Of a stretch of DNA of 32,000 bases, positions 8,993 through 17,120 are shown in pieces. Origin of the DNA: Candidatus Nanoclepta minutus (GTDB taxonomy: Archaea > Nanobdellota > Nanobdellia > Nanobdellales > Nanobdellaceae). The DNA is taken from positions 1-32,000 of the forward strand of contig MWMI01000004.1 of the NCBI GenBank assembly GCA_003568775.1, written 5' to 3'. The notes under the pieces were generated by a model. The model made no database searches, was not told the DNA's origin, and was given only the letters and a program-made list of their open reading frames with translations. The stretch's first letter is position 1; each line of letters starts with the position of its first letter. The position numbers and the translations under genes were made by a program.

Positions 8993-9445
8993 TTACCCCC
9001 TTATCTTCGATAAATAAAACTTCAGGGCCTTTGCAGCCTCCTCTGGAGATTCAAACACAGGAAAAAATCCTTCTAACTCTTTCCTTATTTTATCCGCATA
9101 GAATCCACCATAAATAACGAAAGTTATAAATATATTCTTCTTGCATACCTCCTTGATTTTATCTACAATTTTCTCAGTGTAATGTGGCAATTGGGGTAGT
9201 AAGATAGCTAAAATAGCTTCAGTCCTATTGTCTTCTATTAGTATTCTTAATCCTTCAACGTATTGATCTTCTGTAGCATTTGCAGTCGTATCTATAGGAT
9301 TCTTCAACGATGCAAAATATGGTAAAACCTTTTTCAGTTTTTCTTTCATATCCTCCGGTGTATCCTCCAGCTCTATTCCTAACCTCTCTAAAGCATCGGA
9401 AGCCAGAACACCCATCCCACCCCCATTCGTATAGACATATATCAT
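8993..9445 (-). CDS. ADP-forming acetyl-CoA synthetase alpha subunit, C-terminal domain as a separate ORF
   Basis: MIYVYTNGGGMGVLASDALERLGI...NPIDTTANA is colinear with the recalled Pyrococcus ACD alpha segment VVIITNGGGIGVMATDAAEEEGL...NPVDLTG. Its ATG overlaps the upstream stop (AAAATGA). Confidence 0.7.
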   Translation of the reverse strand: MIYVYTNGGGMGVLASDALERLGIELEDTPEDMKEKLKKVLPYFASLKNPIDTTANATEDQYVEGLRILIEDNRTEAILAILLPQLPHYTEKIVDKIKEVCKKNIFITFVIYGGFYADKIRKELEGFFPVFESPEEAAKALKFYLSKIRG

Positions 9446-10326
9446 TTTCTCAAATAACTTGCAATCTTTAAATAAATCATGAATTCATGGAAGCTTTCAG
9501 CCTCTATTATACCTAAATTTTCGAAGACGTTTCTATAAACATCATAATCTCCAGCCATCGCAGAAGTATGCGAAGACGCTGCAATATTTCCTCTCTTTGT
9601 TTTTCCAGCTTTTAGTATTACTATAGGCTTATCTATTCCTTTTGCTATTTCTATAAATTCCTTCCCCCTTCCAGGTCTCAAACCTTCCATATATATAAAT
9701 ATGGATTCTGTATTTTCATCTTCTTTTAATTCTCTCAACATATCTACTTCGTCTATATCTATCTTATTTCCATAAGAAACTATTTTAGATACTCCAATGT
9801 TCCTATAAGATGCGTATTCCATAAAAGCTAAACCAATAGCACCAGACTGGGTAATCAATGCTATTTTTCCTTTTTTTGGTCTAGGCAATCTTTCTCTATC
9901 AACGAAGAAAGTGTCTATACCTTTGTATGGATCGTATATACCCATGCAATTTGGTCCTATTACTCTTATCCTATATTTATTGATAAAATCTCTTATCTTA
10001 TCCTCTAGTTTCTTGCCTTTATCTCCTATTTCCGAGAATCCAGCGGATATTATTACAGCTAATTTTACTCCCTTCTTTCCAACTTCTTCTATTATTTCCG
10101 GTACAACCTCTGCAGGAACTGCAACAACAATCATATCAACGTTTTCTTCTATAGATGATATACTCGGATAACACTTTAAACTATATATTTCATTATAATT
10201 AGGGTTAACTGGATATATCTTTCCTTTGAAATCTTGGAGGAAATTTTTTAGAATTATATTACCTACCTTCCCTTCCTTTGCAGAAGCTCCAACTATAGCA
10301 ACTGACTTTACATCAAACAATCCCAT
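9442..10326 (-). CDS. ADP-forming acetyl-CoA synthetase alpha subunit, N-terminal CoA-binding and CoA-ligase domains
   Basis: KSVAIVGASAKEGKVGN (CoA-binding Rossmann), RVIGPNCMG, ITQSGA, and the phosphohistidine loop AASSHTSAMAG. Ends exactly where homologs continue into the next domain. Confidence 0.8.
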   Translation of the reverse strand: MGLFDVKSVAIVGASAKEGKVGNIILKNFLQDFKGKIYPVNPNYNEIYSLKCYPSISSIEENVDMIVVAVPAEVVPEIIEEVGKKGVKLAVIISAGFSEIGDKGKKLEDKIRDFINKYRIRVIGPNCMGIYDPYKGIDTFFVDRERLPRPKKGKIALITQSGAIGLAFMEYASYRNIGVSKIVSYGNKIDIDEVDMLRELKEDENTESIFIYMEGLRPGRGKEFIEIAKGIDKPIVILKAGKTKRGNIAASSHTSAMAGDYDVYRNVFENLGIIEAESFHEFMIYLKIASYLRK

Positions 10327-10377
10327 AAATTCTTAGATTCTTTCCATTACTTTTATGTTTTGAACGAAGAAGGTTAC

Positions 10378-10450
10378 TAGCCCCGCGGGGATTCGAACCC
10401 CGGTCACGGGGGCCAGAGCCCCGCATCCTAGGCCACTAGACGACGGGGCT
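10378..10450 (-). tRNA. tRNA-Gln (anticodon CUG)
   Basis: Hand-folded cloverleaf: acceptor AGCCCCG/CGGGGCT, anticodon stem CGGGG/CCCCG, loop CUCUGGC, T arm CGGGG-TTCGAAT-CCCCG, discriminator A. No encoded CCA and no intron. Confidence 0.9.
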
Positions 10451-10626
10451 ATAATTATTACATTAATCTCAATTAAATAAATATTTCTATCAATAAATAT
10501 TACTAATTTTCTCAAAAATTAAGCTCATATATTAGCTATTAACTAAAATAAAAATCAAAAAATTGGAGAAATATAATTATTTCTAAGGTCAAATATTTTT
10601 AAATTAGAAAAATTAGTAAAAATATT

Positions 10627-11070
10627 ATGATAAACTATAAATTTGTTAGCCATAGCAATATTAAGAGGCTTATTTCAATAATCAAACTAAATAATAGAGT
10701 AAAAATTAATAAAATAACTTATTTAGCTAAGAAAATATCTAAAACTTTGGATAGTAATCTAATAAAATCTTATATAATTTATTTTCCTTCTAAAGATTTA
10801 AACAAAAAAGATTTTACATACATAGCAATTATATCATCTTCCCATATAGTTATAAGTTCTTATTCCGAAGATGACAGCTTATATCTAGATATAGATGTTG
10901 CATGGTGCTCGGATAAAATAATAAACCCTAACGATATGGCAGAACTGCTTAAGGAAACTTTCGGGAAGGATTTAAGAAAAATTTTAACTATAAAGATATA
11001 TGATTATTTAGGTAATATGATGATGGCTTTCTCACCTGATGGAATGATGATTGCCGAGTTCTCTGAATAG
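10627..11070 (+). CDS. pyruvoyl-type decarboxylase-like protein (AdoMetDC/SpeH fold), divergent
   Basis: FTYIAIISSSHIVISSYSEDDSLYLDIDVAWCSDKIINPNDMAELLKETF aligns by pattern with the recalled SpeH core (V)LSESHISIHTWPE.GYAA.DVFTCG....P. The Ser-His and Cys positions are kept. The last 18 codons coincide with a C/D box sRNA. Confidence 0.45.
   Translation: MINYKFVSHSNIKRLISIIKLNNRVKINKITYLAKKISKTLDSNLIKSYIIYFPSKDLNKKDFTYIAIISSSHIVISSYSEDDSLYLDIDVAWCSDKIINPNDMAELLKETFGKDLRKILTIKIYDYLGNMMMAFSPDGMMIAEFSE
11017..11066 (+). ncRNA. C/D box sRNA (2'-O-methylation guide)
   Basis: ATGATGA(C)-TGGCTTTCTCAC(12)-CTGA(D')-TGGA-ATGATGA(C')-TTGCCGAGTTCT(12)-CTGA(D). All four boxes are consensus and both guides are exactly 12 nt, the canonical archaeal architecture. 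Confidence 0.8.
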
Positions 11071-11101
11071 CTTTTTATATTTTTCCTCTAAAATAATTCT
11101 T

Positions 11102-12118
11102 ATGGAAAAGTGGACAATTCATGATAAAGAGATAGAAAATCAATTAAAGGAAGCTGGATATGGGATTTTCAATCATTCTGCTGTAGAGATATGTCATTGG
11201 ACAAAGGAAGCGATAACTACTGGCAGAACGTGTTATAAAAACAAATTCTATGGTATATCAACAGCTGGCTGTATGCAGATAACGCAAGCTGTTGTCTGGT
11301 GTCCAAATAGATGTATATACTGCTGGAGACCAAACTTAAATTTCGAAAGTTATAATAGAACCCTACCAGAAGATAAGGTAGATCCACCTGAATTAACACT
11401 AGAAAAACTGAGAGAACTCAGAAAAAAACTATTAATAGGATATTTCGGAAATCCAAAAGCAAACAAGGAGTTACTTAAGGAAATTATAGATAAACCACAG
11501 CATGTGACCTTCTCCCTATCCGGTGAACCTCTCCTTTATCCTTATGTAACAGAAAGTATCTCTTATATAAAGAAGAATTGGCCATGGGTAAAATCAATAT
11601 TCGTAGTTACCTCTGGACAAGTACCGGAAGCGTTAGAGAGGATGAGGAAGAGTAACGTTTATCCCACTCAATTATATATATCTTTTACTGGACCAAACAA
11701 GGAGCTATATAAGAAAATCTCCGTACCATTATATGAAGATTATTGGGAGAGGTTTATCGAATCCTTAGAGATATCTTCTAAAATGAGAGTTAGGAGGGTA
11801 GCAAGGATTACAATAATAAAAGGTTACAATGATAGCGAAGATTACTTAGACCAATGGGCAGAACTAATGGATATATACAAGCCTCATTTTATAGAAATTA
11901 AAGCTTTCATGCTTTTAGGATATTCAAGACTAAAGCTTAACCTAGAAAATATGCCATCCCATAAGGATATAGTTGATCTTTCAAGAAAATTCGAGAAAAA
12001 ACTGGATAACTTTAATTATATGGATGAAGATGAGGATTCTAGGATAGTTGTACTAAAGAATATATCAGGTGGTATGGATATAGATCCAATTATAAATTCC
12101 GTAGAACCAAACGTATAA
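11102..12118 (+). CDS. taw1: tRNA 4-demethylwyosine synthase (Taw1/TYW1), radical SAM
   Basis: CYKNKFYGISTAGCMQITQAVVWCPNRCIYCWRP matches the TYW1 signature, including the radical-SAM CxxxCxxC. The track start at 11051 overlaps the upstream gene and sRNA; the ATG at 11102 (MEKWT...) is preferred. Confidence 0.85.
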   Translation: MEKWTIHDKEIENQLKEAGYGIFNHSAVEICHWTKEAITTGRTCYKNKFYGISTAGCMQITQAVVWCPNRCIYCWRPNLNFESYNRTLPEDKVDPPELTLEKLRELRKKLLIGYFGNPKANKELLKEIIDKPQHVTFSLSGEPLLYPYVTESISYIKKNWPWVKSIFVVTSGQVPEALERMRKSNVYPTQLYISFTGPNKELYKKISVPLYEDYWERFIESLEISSKMRVRRVARITIIKGYNDSEDYLDQWAELMDIYKPHFIEIKAFMLLGYSRLKLNLENMPSHKDIVDLSRKFEKKLDNFNYMDEDEDSRIVVLKNISGGMDIDPIINSVEPNV

Positions 12119-12119
12119 A

Positions 12120-12473
12120 ATGCCGAAGAAAAAACAGATATCAACGACTATCGATGAAAGATTATATAAGGAAATAAAAGAAAAAGGATACAGAATATCT
12201 GATCTTATAGAGAAAGGTCTGGAATATATGGAAAAAGAAAGAAGGGTTTTAAATGAAGACTATATGGAATCCTTTATTGAAAAGCTAGATAATATTACCA
12301 AAAAGATAGAAAAAATTATTAATGAAAGTTTAAAGGATAAGTTAAAGGATCTGATGGATTTCCTAGAATCAGAAAGAAATGAATTAATAAACAAAAAAAT
12401 AATATCTAGATATGACATAAATAGGATATTTACAAGAATAGAAGAAAAAATACAGGAAATGTTTGAATTATAA
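12120..12473 (+). CDS. hypothetical protein, possible N-terminal ribbon-helix-helix plus coiled coil
   Basis: KQISTTIDERLYKEIKEKGYRISDLIEKGL resembles a CopG/RHH strand-helix-helix; the rest is K/E-rich helical. Starts 1 nt after the Taw1 stop. Confidence 0.4.
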   Translation: MPKKKQISTTIDERLYKEIKEKGYRISDLIEKGLEYMEKERRVLNEDYMESFIEKLDNITKKIEKIINESLKDKLKDLMDFLESERNELINKKIISRYDINRIFTRIEEKIQEMFEL

Positions 12474-12629
12474 AGATATATTTGAATATCTCCAATTCCT
12501 TTTAACCTTCATATATAAAGGACTTACCAACCTACCATACTTCCTCAATATTACCCAGATGGGAGGATATTCGTTTTCTTTTATCTTCTTAGCATACCTT
12601 ACTTTCCTCGCATAATATTTGAACACCAT
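12468..12629 (-). CDS. rpl39e: 50S ribosomal protein L39e (53 aa, below the ORF-track cutoff)
   Basis: Hand translation: MVFKYYARKVRYAKKIKENEYPPIWVILRKYGRLVSPLYMKVKRNWRYSNISL. This matches the recalled L39e pattern (..AKK.RLAKA.K.N...PIW..LKT.GR......RRNWRR..L). Its last two codons overlap the convergent ORF end. Confidence 0.8.
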   Translation of the reverse strand: MVFKYYARKVRYAKKIKENEYPPIWVILRKYGRLVSPLYMKVKRNWRYSNISL

Positions 12630-12652
12630 CTTTTACTTATTACACAGCAAGT

Positions 12653-13408
12653 TTAAAAAACTAATATAAATATAGTAGAAACAACTAACAAAAATATGCT
12701 ATGAACGATACCCGCAACTATCTTCCCCTCAGAAACCTTCCCGATTACCAATCCTGTAAATAGAGCGTTCAATAAGATAAATACGGAAGAAACTTGTTTA
12801 TATGCATTCATTACTTCAAAACTATTACCTAGGGGAACAAAATACATAAACCTATAGACTGCGTATATTACGAGAATAACTAAGATGAATAAGCCATAAT
12901 ATGAGAAGGCTAGATACCTAACGTTAGATAACCTCTCTTTCTTTAAGCTATTCGATACATAAAACATTTCAGACATACTCTCGAATAACTCGCTTGTTCC
13001 ACTACCTCTGGTCAGAAGACTGGATAGTATACTTAAGGACTGCCTAACGCTCTTTACATTGATCTTCCTCGTAAGATTAATTAGAGCTTTATTAAATGGA
13101 ACCCCATATTCCATCTGCAAGTGCAGGTACTTTATATACTGGTTAAGCTTTTTCCCATAGTTATTGTTCATTAAAGATCTAACAGCAATTGGAAGAGGCT
13201 GACCTATTTTTATGTATTGGCTCAAGTCCCTTAGAAATATGGGAAAGTTTCTTTCCAATTCCTGATCCTCAATATATTCCTTAAAGTATTTTAATGAAAA
13301 TAAACTAAATATAAGGGCTATTAGGGCTAACTTTATTATCGGATCTATCTTTAAGACTATTAAAAATAATGTAATGAAAGAAAGTATAAAAATTATCCTC
13401 TTATCCAT
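12653..13408 (-). CDS. T2SS-F/FlaJ/TadC-like polytopic membrane protein, single-domain (half-size)
   Basis: N-terminal TMs, then a cytoplasmic helical domain (FPIFLRDLSQYIKIGQPLPIAVRSL...GVPFNKALINL), then C-terminal TMs ending in GLVIGKVSEGKIVAGIVHS, as in FlaJ/TadC-type platform proteins. Overlaps the ppsA 3' end by 16 nt. Confidence 0.5.
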   Translation of the reverse strand: MDKRIIFILSFITLFLIVLKIDPIIKLALIALIFSLFSLKYFKEYIEDQELERNFPIFLRDLSQYIKIGQPLPIAVRSLMNNNYGKKLNQYIKYLHLQMEYGVPFNKALINLTRKINVKSVRQSLSILSSLLTRGSGTSELFESMSEMFYVSNSLKKERLSNVRYLAFSYYGLFILVILVIYAVYRFMYFVPLGNSFEVMNAYKQVSSVFILLNALFTGLVIGKVSEGKIVAGIVHSIFLLVVSTIFILVF

Positions 13409-15648
13409 TTTCTAACGAAATCAAGCATTATAGTCTTTTCTTTTCTAGCTATAGCATCCCTTATAGAATCTATAGCATCCATATTAGCAGATATAGAATC
13501 TATTCCCAGCTCAACTAACATTGAAGCATATTCAGGGTCTGAACCTGCCTGACCACAAATGGATGTATAAACACCCTTATCCTTGCATACTCTAATAACC
13601 CTCTTTATTAACTCTAAAACGGCAGGATGCTTTTCGTTCATTAGTTTTTGAACCAAACTATTATTTCTATCCACACCTAAGGTTAATTGAGTTAAATCGT
13701 TGGTACCAAAGGATATAAAATCTATTCCAGCCTTTTCTATTATTTCCTCTATTGTCAATGCAGCAGCTGGTGTTTCTACCATTATACCAAACTTTACATC
13801 CTTATGGGGTATTAAGCCTTCTCTTTCCATTATATCCTTAACTGCCTTTACCTCTTCCCATGATATAACAAATGGTATCATTATCCAGATGTTCCTATAG
13901 CCCATCTCCTTTATCAACCTCTTAAAGGCCCTTATCTGAGCTATAAGTATTTCCTGTTGATCTAGATCTCTCCTTATACCATGCCATCCTATCATGGGAT
14001 TAGATTCTATTGGTTCCTTATCTCCACCTTCCAACCCCCTATACTCATCTGTTCTTAAATCAAAAGTTCTAACAATTACTGGTTTCGGGAACATTAGAGA
14101 TGCTATTTCCCCAATCCTATTCACTAAAATATCTTCTAGATCCTTTAACCTATTATTCTCTAGATACCATCTTGGATGCTTTCTTTCCCTCAATATTAAG
14201 AATTCTAACCTCAAAAGACCTATTCCATCGATCTTATCCCTAATCTTCATAACCGTTTCCGGATAATCTGCTATAGCAAAAACTTTAGTAGCCGTAATCT
14301 CTCTAGTCGCAACTATCTTTTCCTCCTTCTCCTCCTTTCTTTCAAACTCTACATCGCCCTCATAAACTATTCCTCTAGCCCCATCAACCGTTACATACAT
14401 TCCATCTATTAAAACTTTTGTAGCCTCTCTAGTTCCTACAACACAAGGTTTTCCCAGTTCTCTTGAAACTATGGCAGCATGTGAAAGATTACCACCTTCA
14501 TCCGTTATGATTGCTGAAGCTATAGCCATTAAAGGTTCGAAGTCTGGATTAGTCATCCTTGTAACTAAGACATCTCCCTTCTCAAACTTCTTAAAGTCTT
14601 CAGGACCATATATTATCTTTACCCTTCCCTTTCCAATACCTGGAGATGCTGAAATACCCTTCAGAAGTATCCTTCCCGATCTCTTCCTATATGTTGTAAC
14701 TGGGCGTGTTTGAACGATCCATATTCCATTCTTATCAATTGCAAATTCTATATCCTGTGGATTTCCATAATGCTCTTCTATCTTCTTACCTAATTCTGCC
14801 AATCTTCTGATTTCCTCTTCACTTAAACATCTAATTTCTTTTTTATCATCAGGAACATTTACTTTCTTTGTCAATTTCTCCGGATCATATATGGTCATTA
14901 TATCCTTTCTATTTACCTTTATATCTAATATCTGCAATGTATTTTTATCTACAACATATTCGTCTGGTGTCACTTCTCCAGAAACTATAGATTCTCCTAA
15001 CCCCCAAGAAGCCTCAATTACTATTTTAGAAATATCATTACTAATTGGATCTACAGTGAACATAACACCTGATTTTTCGGAAAATATCTGCTTTTGAATT
15101 ACAACAGCCAATGCAACTTTCATATGATCAAATCCCATCTGTGTCCTATAGTTCATTGCTCTTGCCGTCCAAAGAGATGCCCAACATTTTTTAACAGCCT
15201 CTAATAACTCCTCAATACCCTTTACGTTTAGAAAAGTAGCTTGTTGTCCTGCGAAGGATGCATTCGGTAGATCTTCCGCAGTAGCAGAAGACCTAACAGC
15301 AACATAGGTTTCTTCTTCTCCAAATATCTTTGACAAGTTCTTATAATTTTCAATTATTACATTTTTTAAATCATCCGGAATCTGACCATTTATGAACAAG
15401 TTCTGTATTTCTTCTGAGGCTTTTAAAAGACTTACAGGATCGTTTAAATTAGTCCTACTTAATATCTCTGCTATCTTATCTCTCAAATTATTATGATCCA
15501 CAAACCTCCAATATGAGTTAGCAGTTAGTACAAATCCTGGAGGGACTGGTATTCCAAACTTTACCATTTCCCCTAAGTTTGCTCCCTTTCCACCAACTAT
15601 GCCTACATCCTCTTTAGATAATTGATCAAACCACCTTACATAATCCAT
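13393..15648 (-). CDS. ppsA: phosphoenolpyruvate synthase (pyruvate, water dikinase)
   Basis: N-terminal ATP-grasp VGGKGANLGEM, phosphohistidine domain GGNLSHAAIVSRELGKPCVVG, and a C-terminal PEP-utilising TIM barrel (FISFGTNDLTQ, CGQAGSDPEY). Confidence 0.92.
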   Translation of the reverse strand: MDYVRWFDQLSKEDVGIVGGKGANLGEMVKFGIPVPPGFVLTANSYWRFVDHNNLRDKIAEILSRTNLNDPVSLLKASEEIQNLFINGQIPDDLKNVIIENYKNLSKIFGEEETYVAVRSSATAEDLPNASFAGQQATFLNVKGIEELLEAVKKCWASLWTARAMNYRTQMGFDHMKVALAVVIQKQIFSEKSGVMFTVDPISNDISKIVIEASWGLGESIVSGEVTPDEYVVDKNTLQILDIKVNRKDIMTIYDPEKLTKKVNVPDDKKEIRCLSEEEIRRLAELGKKIEEHYGNPQDIEFAIDKNGIWIVQTRPVTTYRKRSGRILLKGISASPGIGKGRVKIIYGPEDFKKFEKGDVLVTRMTNPDFEPLMAIASAIITDEGGNLSHAAIVSRELGKPCVVGTREATKVLIDGMYVTVDGARGIVYEGDVEFERKEEKEEKIVATREITATKVFAIADYPETVMKIRDKIDGIGLLRLEFLILRERKHPRWYLENNRLKDLEDILVNRIGEIASLMFPKPVIVRTFDLRTDEYRGLEGGDKEPIESNPMIGWHGIRRDLDQQEILIAQIRAFKRLIKEMGYRNIWIMIPFVISWEEVKAVKDIMEREGLIPHKDVKFGIMVETPAAALTIEEIIEKAGIDFISFGTNDLTQLTLGVDRNNSLVQKLMNEKHPAVLELIKRVIRVCKDKGVYTSICGQAGSDPEYASMLVELGIDSISANMDAIDSIRDAIARKEKTIMLDFVRKWIRG

Positions 15649-15708
15649 AAATATAGTATTTAGAAGCTTCCGATTTTATAAAGTTAGGAAGTTATGATAA
15701 AAAGGTAG

Positions 15709-17100
15709 TTATTTAATTAAACTAGAGTAAAGTCTATGATATTCTTTTATTACTCTTTCAAAGGAGAAATACCTTTCTATTATATGTCTATTTTTATCGT
15801 TCATGTAAGCTCTTACATTATCTACAACTTCTATCATCCTTTCCGATAGATCGGAAATACTATGAGGTTTTACTCCAACAGCCAAACCATTCTTTACTAA
15901 TATCTCCTGAGGTCCTCCTAGATTGTAAGCGATAACAGGCAAACCCATATATGCGGCTTCTAGGGGTGCTAATCCAAAGTCCTCAACCCAGGCAGGATGT
16001 ACATATACACCAATTCCCAGTTCCTTTAAAGCTAATAGCAATCCAGCTAAATATAGATCGTTTAGACTATTTTTATATAGCGGAGAGTACAAATGTACAT
16101 CCTTCAGTTTATGTCCTTCCCTCTCAATATATTTTTTAATTCTTTTATTATTAGTGCCTCCTATGATTATTAGTCCTACATCTTTCCTCTTAGATTTTAC
16201 TATTTTATAGGCTTTTATTAAATCGTATATTCCCTTTTCTGGCTCCCATGCTCCTATAAATATATACCATTTCCTATTCGAATTTCCGTAGATCTTCTTA
16301 TAAAATTCTGCTACTTCCCTTATTATTCTATACTTCTTTGGATCTTTAAGCATCTCTGTATAGTGTATTCCATCTCTTATTACCAAACTCTTCTTTCTAT
16401 GCTTATCCCCATATATGCTATTAAACATACCGTTTATCCAATTAGATACGTGCACAACAATATCTGAACTTTCCATAGCCCTTTCTTCCAAATCTTTAAA
16501 GAAACCTAACAACCACCACTTCTGCCATGGATATTTAAACTCAGAATCCTCAAGAGTATACGCATCTAATAACTCTCTATTATCTTCTTTATTCCACCAA
16601 TCTTTCAATATTTTTTCAATATTCTTTCCTCCCTCTTCATATCCGCCTGGCCTAGCTCCCTTTCTTATTAGAGTATCTAACGTTTCCTTCGGATTCTTGT
16701 AAAATTCCTCCCTAAATGGTAGAAATTCCCTATCAAATGCTCTAACCACAAAGGATCCATGGGGTGTAAATATAACGGGCTTTTTTCCTATTCTATTCAG
16801 GATAGCATCTAGATCTCCATCTAAAGCTACCGTTGCTGTGTGGGTATGTACCAAATCATAAGGTCCACTTCTCTCAATAAATTCCAAAAAATCTTCTTTT
16901 TCATCTGAATACCATCCATAAATTACATTTCCGTTAACATCATACAGCTTGTATAAATAGCCTTTATTGTCGTTAGAAAACCATCTACCAATAATTACAA
17001 AACTATATCCATATTTTTCGCTTAGCTCTTTAGCAAGCCTTAAGGCAAATTTATCAGAACCTCTATTTATTCCTGGAATTACTAAAAGGATACGGGCCAT
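15709..17100 (-). CDS. GT-B fold glycosyltransferase (GT4-like; possibly glycogen or polysaccharide synthase)
   Basis: The C-terminal EDFGLAPLEAAYMGLPVIAYNLGGPQEIL is an E-x7-E nucleotide-sugar binding signature. Substrate cannot be inferred. Confidence 0.75.
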   Translation of the reverse strand: MARILLVIPGINRGSDKFALRLAKELSEKYGYSFVIIGRWFSNDNKGYLYKLYDVNGNVIYGWYSDEKEDFLEFIERSGPYDLVHTHTATVALDGDLDAILNRIGKKPVIFTPHGSFVVRAFDREFLPFREEFYKNPKETLDTLIRKGARPGGYEEGGKNIEKILKDWWNKEDNRELLDAYTLEDSEFKYPWQKWWLLGFFKDLEERAMESSDIVVHVSNWINGMFNSIYGDKHRKKSLVIRDGIHYTEMLKDPKKYRIIREVAEFYKKIYGNSNRKWYIFIGAWEPEKGIYDLIKAYKIVKSKRKDVGLIIIGGTNNKRIKKYIEREGHKLKDVHLYSPLYKNSLNDLYLAGLLLALKELGIGVYVHPAWVEDFGLAPLEAAYMGLPVIAYNLGGPQEILVKNGLAVGVKPHSISDLSERMIEVVDNVRAYMNDKNRHIIERYFSFERVIKEYHRLYSSLIK

Positions 17101-17120
17101 TTAGAAATCATTTATAAAAA

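Noticed and set aside
10333-10515. 60-aa ORF in the track (MRKLVIFIDRN...GLGCGALAPVTGVRIPAGLV...)
   Set aside because: It reads straight through the tRNA-Gln gene on the same strand. The Gly/Ala/Pro-rich middle is just the translated GC-rich tRNA; the rest is AT-rich spacer.
10451-10626. AT-rich 176-nt region next to tRNA-Gln, examined as a possible integration site (att repeat or integrase remnant)
   Set aside because: No duplicated tRNA 3' segment, no direct repeats and no integrase-like ORF nearby. It looks like an ordinary divergent promoter region.
13700-15097. Four plus-strand ORFs (66-90 aa) antisense to ppsA; similar antisense ORFs lie inside ftsZ (25776..26404), the GT gene (15951..16702), L7Ae, the ABC ATPase and KaiC
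   Set aside because: These are shadow ORFs opposite strongly supported genes. They are Ser/Pro/Ile/Leu-rich low-complexity translations with no motifs, no plausible promoters and no independent start context.
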